Assembly (NCBI GenBank): GCA_963758495.1
Contig: CAVWVI010000004.1
Span: forward strand, 64,001 to 128,000
Length of the DNA stretch: 64,000 nt
Direction of reading: 5' to 3'
DNA from: Oligoflexia bacterium
Lineage (GTDB): Bacteria > Bdellovibrionota > UBA1018
Position numbers and translations under genes: made by a program. Shown here piece after piece: positions 58,611 to 64,000 of this stretch. Each line of letters begins with the position of its first letter. The stretch's first letter is position 1. Below the pieces are notes generated by a model. It made no database searches and was not told where the DNA came from. It worked only from the letters and a program-made list of their open reading frames with translations.

Positions 58611-61121
58611 TTACAAGGATTTTGTAAAACGTAAGAAAAACTGTCGTCCAGCCGCATAATGAGAGCCATTAAACCCATTTGCGACTGTGATCGGGTAGCG
58701 ATTATCAAAAATATTTAAAATATCTCCAGATACTTTAAAGCGAGAGAGCCAGCTATCACCTCTAAATTCATAGCCCACAGTCGTGTCCATCGTTAAATGA
58801 TCAGGAAGGCCAGCTCGATTCATGTAGCCAGTGCGTAATCCGCTTCCATAAAGCCCTTGCACAGTCCACCAAAAGAAGTTTTTAGCATAAGTCAGTCCAG
58901 CATTTGCCGTATGGAGCTGAACATGATCTAAGTACTCATACCCTCCACTCCCGCCGTGAGATCCGCCCTGATCTAACGCCCACAACCCTCCACTAATCCC
59001 TTTCCCTTTTGCAACGCTATAAGAATAGTTGAAGTAATCAGACCAATCTTCAGTCAGTTGCCCTCGGAGGGACAGCTCAAGACCATAAGTAAATCCAGTA
59101 GCCAAATTAAAAGGCTGAGAAATCGATGTATTGAATAGCTGAGCATCATCCAACATGTTTGTCGCATCTTTATAGTAAATATTCAGAGACGCTACATGCT
59201 TAGCAAAAACTTGCTGGTCCACGCCCATTTCGTAATAATCATCCTTTTCTGCCTTGATATCGTAAGTAGTCAGAGTGGAAGTATCACCAAAAGCCAGCCT
59301 TAAGTTTTCAATCGGGGCAGGTTGGAAAAGTTTACCGTAAAAAATATGAAGCTTCGTCGTGTCCGCTGGAAAATAGCTCAATCCAATTCGAGGTTGCAGT
59401 AAAGAATCCGGGTGGGAAATGTCAGAAAAAATAAATTGAGTTGCATCGTATCTTAATCCCGCATTCAGAATTAAAGACTTAAAGATTGTGTAATCATCCT
59501 GGAGATACACCCCCTCAAAATAGCCGGTTTGAGGACTATCATAAACTTGAGGAGCCACATTTAAATCTTGTTGAACAGAGATCAATCCCTCTGAACGAGA
59601 AGCTTGAAGTTGAAAACCCATTTTGACCCAATGCTGATCGTGGGGCCGAATAGAATAATCAGCTTTGAGTCCCAGATTATTCACATTTCGATTTTCCGCA
59701 AACGAAGTAGGTTTCGCATCGTCTATGGGAGTCGCACCCGAAGGACTGGATGCCAAGTCGTTGATAGGATCAGGATTCACCAAAATAGAGGAATACTTAT
59801 AATAGGGCGCTAACTGTAAAAAAGATTTGGGTGTAAAAGTATGCTTCCAAACGACCTGTCCAAACGTATTGAGCTCAGACTGAGTGTCATCCGTATTCGA
59901 AGGAACATAATTAAAGGTAGGAGGCTCATCATGATCATGATGATCGGGGGCTCCTACATCTTCACCAAAAGCGCTCTGAAAGCCTGGCTGAAAGATCACA
60001 TATCCGGGATTACCGTAATCAAAATAAGAAGAATAATTGGGAATTTGGTAGTGACTATAGGAATTAAAAAGAATAAAAGAAATTTTATTGCTGTTATTGA
60101 CTTGCCAGTCAATTTTCGCAAACTCACTGTTTCCATTGGCGGTGTTATGAACAGAATCTTTACCCCCTTGACTCTGATTATTTTCAGATTCAGGCTCAGG
60201 CGTATCCAATCCTCGGTCAGTCCGATTATAATTTAAAGAAAGAAAGTAATGGAGATCTCCAGACTCATTCGATCCGCCATATAAAAGATGCGGAGAAATC
60301 GTGTTATAGGAGCCATAATTCAATTCAAGCTCTCCACTTGGAACTTCAGGACCTGACAAGGTGACGATATTCATTACTGCATTGAGTCTTTGGCCGTACT
60401 CAGCGGGAACACCTCCTGTAATGACCTCCAAATGATCAATATTTCTAGGACTAAATGCCTGTCCAAAAGTATTTGAGGAAGAATCGGGCAACTGAACCCC
60501 ATCAATTTGATATTGAATACTTCCATGATTACCCCGGAAGTACATTTGTCCGAACGACCCCAGAACTACCCCTGGTGTCGTTGATGTAATCAATTTAGGA
60601 AGGGAAATCTCACTCCCTTGCGGCAAATGCCGAATTTCATTCTGACTGACCTCGCTACTACTCAGAGAAGATGTGTGCTGGATAAGGCGCTTTTTGGCTT
60701 TTACCTCTACAATCATTTCGGGGTGCGATGACGCTGGAATGGCAGAATCACGCACCAGATGGATATCTACTTCAGTATTTGCACCCGAGTGCACATGAAC
60801 ATCTTCTTGATAACGTCCAGATGTTGATTCAGATCCTGCCCCAGATGCTGACAATGAAGCCGGTAATTGAACGATAATTCGGTAATCACCCGATTCAATC
60901 GGAAAAAATTCAAATTTCCCACTCTCAGTAGACTCTGTTTTATTGATGACCTTACCTTTTTGATCCAAAACCTGAATCAAAGCATGAGAAACTACTCCAC
61001 CCTGGAAATCCAATACACTTCCTGAAATAGACCCCTCAGTACCAGCAAAAGCGGCCTGAATAAAAAAAAGAGAGCAGAGCATCATGATCATAATGTGCTC
61101 TTTATTGCGAACATTTCGCAA
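58611..61121 (-). CDS. TonB-dependent outer-membrane receptor with N-terminal carboxypeptidase-regulatory-like domain
   Basis: GSISGSV.D..G N-domain; plug (FRG...YQIDGV, EVITGG.PAEYG); barrel motifs NAGLRYD, PRIGLSY, NIFD. Confidence 0.9.
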   Translation of the reverse strand: MRNVRNKEHIMIMMLCSLFFIQAAFAGTEGSISGSVLDFQGGVVSHALIQVLDQKGKVINKTESTESGKFEFFPIESGDYRIIVQLPASLSASGAGSESTSGRYQEDVHVHSGANTEVDIHLVRDSAIPASSHPEMIVEVKAKKRLIQHTSSLSSSEVSQNEIRHLPQGSEISLPKLITSTTPGVVLGSFGQMYFRGNHGSIQYQIDGVQLPDSSSNTFGQAFSPRNIDHLEVITGGVPAEYGQRLNAVMNIVTLSGPEVPSGELELNYGSYNTISPHLLYGGSNESGDLHYFLSLNYNRTDRGLDTPEPESENNQSQGGKDSVHNTANGNSEFAKIDWQVNNSNKISFILFNSYSHYQIPNYSSYFDYGNPGYVIFQPGFQSAFGEDVGAPDHHDHDEPPTFNYVPSNTDDTQSELNTFGQVVWKHTFTPKSFLQLAPYYKYSSILVNPDPINDLASSPSGATPIDDAKPTSFAENRNVNNLGLKADYSIRPHDQHWVKMGFQLQASRSEGLISVQQDLNVAPQVYDSPQTGYFEGVYLQDDYTIFKSLILNAGLRYDATQFIFSDISHPDSLLQPRIGLSYFPADTTKLHIFYGKLFQPAPIENLRLAFGDTSTLTTYDIKAEKDDYYEMGVDQQVFAKHVASLNIYYKDATNMLDDAQLFNTSISQPFNLATGFTYGLELSLRGQLTEDWSDYFNYSYSVAKGKGISGGLWALDQGGSHGGSGGYEYLDHVQLHTANAGLTYAKNFFWWTVQGLYGSGLRTGYMNRAGLPDHLTMDTTVGYEFRGDSWLSRFKVSGDILNIFDNRYPITVANGFNGSHYAAGRQFFLRFTKSL

Positions 61122-61153
61122 TAAGTCAATTTTATTCGACGCGTTATAATATT

Positions 61154-61978
61154 TTAAACTTTTTCTACCGCTCGATTCATGGTTTTAAAAGCGAGAAACA
61201 GTCCAAGATTTCTTGGCAATAACCTCGGGAAAAAACAGGCTAATTTATTCAAAATACCGGGTACAAAGACAGTTTTTCCTTTAAACATCGCCTGCAAGGA
61301 CAATCGGACGACTCTTTCAGCACTCATCATCGTTGCATGACCAGAGGAAGTGATCTTTTGACCGGAATGTTCAAAAAACTCAGTATAAGTACCTCCGGGG
61401 CACAAGCACATCACCTGGATCGAGGTATTCTTCAGTTCAAAAGCCAGAGTTTCAGAAAAATAACGTAAATAGCCTTTGGTCCCTGAATAAACCGAAAAAT
61501 TTCCAACAGGCTGAAAGGCTGCGATTGATGCAACTTGGGTAATGTAACTTTTCAGACCATGCGCCAGCATATGGCTCACAAAAAGATAGGTGATTTCCGT
61601 CGGAGCAACCGTATTTACGGTCAGAGTTGCCTGATGGTCCTCTAATGGAAAATCCATAAATAATCCATATTTACCGACTCCTGCATTATTAATTAAAAGG
61701 TTCACCTTTTGAGAATTCGCAGTGGCTTTTTCAAAAAGCTCCTTCGCTGCACCGATCACTGAAAGATCGATTTGAATACATTGAACCTGGATTCGATATT
61801 TTTCCTTGAGCTCCTTCGCAAGTTCCTCAAGGCGATCCAATCTCCGCGCTGCCAAAACTAGGTCAGAACCTAATGCAGCAAGTTGCCGAGCGTACTCCTT
61901 ACCGATTCCACTCGAGGCCCCTGTAATCACTGCTCGGCTTCCAACTAAGGTGCCACCTAAATTTCTCGATGCATCCAT
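61154..61978 (-). CDS. Short-chain dehydrogenase/reductase
   Basis: TGASSGIG, ARR..RL, NNAG, YSGTK. Confidence 0.92.
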   Translation of the reverse strand: MDASRNLGGTLVGSRAVITGASSGIGKEYARQLAALGSDLVLAARRLDRLEELAKELKEKYRIQVQCIQIDLSVIGAAKELFEKATANSQKVNLLINNAGVGKYGLFMDFPLEDHQATLTVNTVAPTEITYLFVSHMLAHGLKSYITQVASIAAFQPVGNFSVYSGTKGYLRYFSETLAFELKNTSIQVMCLCPGGTYTEFFEHSGQKITSSGHATMMSAERVVRLSLQAMFKGKTVFVPGILNKLACFFPRLLPRNLGLFLAFKTMNRAVEKV

Positions 61979-62109
61979 AATAAAACATCCTCTCAGCTAT
62001 CCTCTCAGTAACCTGAATAGAGGACTTACTTTAAATACATCCTTTACCACTTAAAAGAAATAAAGGAATGAATAGTGACAGATACTTTCTATTTTATTAG
62101 AATATAACA

Positions 62110-63735
62110 ATGTACTCTCAACTCGAAAAACCCTTATTCACGATTTTAGTAATCTCTTTTCTTTTATTTACGTTTCCAGCTTATTCCCAACCTAATGACC
62201 TGGCATTGACCAAAAGTATTCCGATTACGGAAGAAATCGAAAAAATTCAATCAGAGATCGCTGAAATAAGAGATAGGGATGAGCTTCATCGGGGTGAACT
62301 TCAAAGGATCCTCTTCCTTGAAAAATATGTCGCTCTATTAGACCATATGAACGAAAGCGATTCCAATCCGCACTCTCACGCATTAGTCTCTGACGAAACT
62401 CAATCAACGAAAAATATCACTGAATTGAGAGCATCCGATCGAAAAGCAATTTTGACAATACTCGAAGAATTAGACGAATTTAAAAATCTGAACATTCCGC
62501 CCAAGTCCATTCTAGACCTCATCAAGTATATCGAAAAGAATAAAAATCACTGGCGAGCGCATTCCAAGCCTAATCCTTTTATCTTTCGCGATCAGCAAGA
62601 CTTACCTCTGAAAGATTCGGACGGGAATCTCCTACAAGTAGGTTTTGATGTCGATAACAAATCAAACATTTATCTTAATTTTAAAAACAAAATGCTAGGT
62701 GAAGGAACCGCCAAAGTAGTAGAGAGAGTCGTCCACCTGAAGGACTGGTCGAGATTGAAACGTTCTAAATTCAAAAAGATCGATCCATTTCACATCACTC
62801 ACACCAGCTCTACGGATCCAGAAAAACAGCGCCATGAGATCGAATTCGAAAAAGAAATGGAATTTCTGACTACCATTTCCCATGTACCCCTCAGCGAGCG
62901 AATGGGACTGGTAGATATGATTGGATTCGGTAATAACAAAATCTTTCAAGTCATGTATGATAAGGAACTTTTTGACCTGATAATCGAAAATGAAGGAAAC
63001 TCAGAACGATTGAATTTGGATATGAGGTTGGATATTTTAAGGCAACTCAGCTTGGGTTTAAAACAACTGGCAAGTTTAGGAATCTGCCATAGTGATATCA
63101 AACCGGAGAACGTATTAGTGAACGAACCTCAAGTAGGAAGCGCCTATACAGCCGTACTTTCTGACTATGGAATGGCTTATTTTCCAGAAAAATTGATCCG
63201 CAATAGAGAAGTCCGTCCAGCGAAAGGTTCTCGTCACTATGCAGCTCCAGAGGTTTTTAAATTCCATACTCAAGAAGCACCTGGTTGGACCGGGGCCACT
63301 CCACAAGAAGCAGCAACGAACGCCTTAAAAGCAGATGTTTTCTCTCTTGGCGTCGTTGCTTACAATCTTCTCTACTCCATATACAATCCTCCCATTTATG
63401 CGCCATGGATGAACTGCGATGAAACAAGAGGTGACTATCTTCTGTGCCGAAAAACCTTTTTCAATGACTTCATCAATAAGTTGAAAGTCAAAAAGGACCC
63501 CATCAATCACCTTCTCTACTCTGCGATGAACCCGAACGCCACTGAAAGAATCTCGGCTGAAGGGTTTTATCATGAAATTCTAAAAATAATTGAGGCACGA
63601 AAAAAACCTCATCGCGCAGCCGCACAACCAGTCGAGCACGAAGACCCACTCGTTCATGCCTATCGTCAGCAAAACCGTAAGCAACCCTCTCCTAAACAAA
63701 AAGAGGAGCATGAGCCTTTGCATTTTAAATATTAA
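62110..63735 (+). CDS. Hanks-type Ser/Thr protein kinase with N-terminal signal peptide
   Basis: LGEGT, HSDIKPENVL, SDYG, YAAPE, DVFSLG, RISA; N-terminal hydrophobic leader ending AYS. Confidence 0.85.
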   Translation: MYSQLEKPLFTILVISFLLFTFPAYSQPNDLALTKSIPITEEIEKIQSEIAEIRDRDELHRGELQRILFLEKYVALLDHMNESDSNPHSHALVSDETQSTKNITELRASDRKAILTILEELDEFKNLNIPPKSILDLIKYIEKNKNHWRAHSKPNPFIFRDQQDLPLKDSDGNLLQVGFDVDNKSNIYLNFKNKMLGEGTAKVVERVVHLKDWSRLKRSKFKKIDPFHITHTSSTDPEKQRHEIEFEKEMEFLTTISHVPLSERMGLVDMIGFGNNKIFQVMYDKELFDLIIENEGNSERLNLDMRLDILRQLSLGLKQLASLGICHSDIKPENVLVNEPQVGSAYTAVLSDYGMAYFPEKLIRNREVRPAKGSRHYAAPEVFKFHTQEAPGWTGATPQEAATNALKADVFSLGVVAYNLLYSIYNPPIYAPWMNCDETRGDYLLCRKTFFNDFINKLKVKKDPINHLLYSAMNPNATERISAEGFYHEILKIIEARKKPHRAAAQPVEHEDPLVHAYRQQNRKQPSPKQKEEHEPLHFKY

Positions 63736-63766
63736 CCTCAATTCGACATAAGAATCGGAGGCAGTT

Positions 63767-64000
63767 TCAGTTCGAGTTTCGGTTCTTGTACTGTACAGTT
63801 ACTTTTGGGCAACTATTTTTTTCAACTTCCTTAAGTTCCGTTTCTAATTCCTCAATAGAAGGCAAAATCTCAGTTAACTGTTTAGGAAGTTTCCTTACCA
63901 ATTCATACTCAGATATTCGAATTGGGCTTGATAGATTTTTTAATGAATATTCAGCAATGACACGATTCCTTGTCTTGCAGAGTAAGAGCCCAATTGTAGG
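63767..64000 (-). CDS. YhcG/DUF1016 PDDEXK-like nuclease, C-terminal part (gene runs off the window)
   Basis: Minus-strand frame PTIGLLLCK...AEYSL...PI.ISEY.L...LP.....LPSIEELE, stop at 63767. Not listed in the ORF track. Confidence 0.8.
   Translation of the reverse strand, partial: PTIGLLLCKTRNRVIAEYSLKNLSSPIRISEYELVRKLPKQLTEILPSIEELETELKEVEKNSCPKVTVQYKNRNSN

Noticed and set aside
61987..62008. Direct repeat ATCCTCTCAG x2 upstream of the SDR gene
   Set aside because: Short duplication overlapping the RBS region with no further support.
341..63573. Numerous 60-170 aa ORFs nested in or antisense to the long genes
   Set aside because: Shadow ORFs without motifs, lying within well-supported CDS.

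Overview
Gene-dense bacterial chromosomal window of moderate GC. Gene content (Pal, TonB-dependent receptor, many secreted hydrolases, a Bdellovibrio-type HNH protein) suggests a diderm Bdellovibrionota-like organism; this is inference, not a marker-gene assignment. About 48 CDS cover ion/metal homeostasis (ClC, MgtA/MgtC, Cu P-type ATPase, beta-carbonic anhydrase), signalling (two paralogous LysR, a histidine kinase, a CheR-HK-REC hybrid, a pseudo-kinase), a TetR-controlled monooxygenase/SDR module, stress genes (Hsp20, GrpE, MsrB, pirin, cyclophilin, YebC) and several secreted eukaryote-like proteins (cathepsin-like C1A-ricin, thaumatin-PT-CBM56, ankyrin protein, ricin-MACPF-like protein, Hanks kinase). 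The most notable unexplained structure is at 53.1-58.1 kb. An HNH endonuclease gene is bracketed by ~150-185 bp non-coding inverted repeats with a 41-bp perfect core. The repeat is modular around an 8-bp site, TTGATCTC. One copy has a 20-nt insert flanked by a duplication of that site, and a third, partial copy starts exactly at the site and encloses a 3.2-kb MACPF-like toxin + metalloprotease cassette. No transposase or integrase is visible. No rRNA, tRNA or CRISPR array was recognised. All calls are by eye from motifs; no database search was run.
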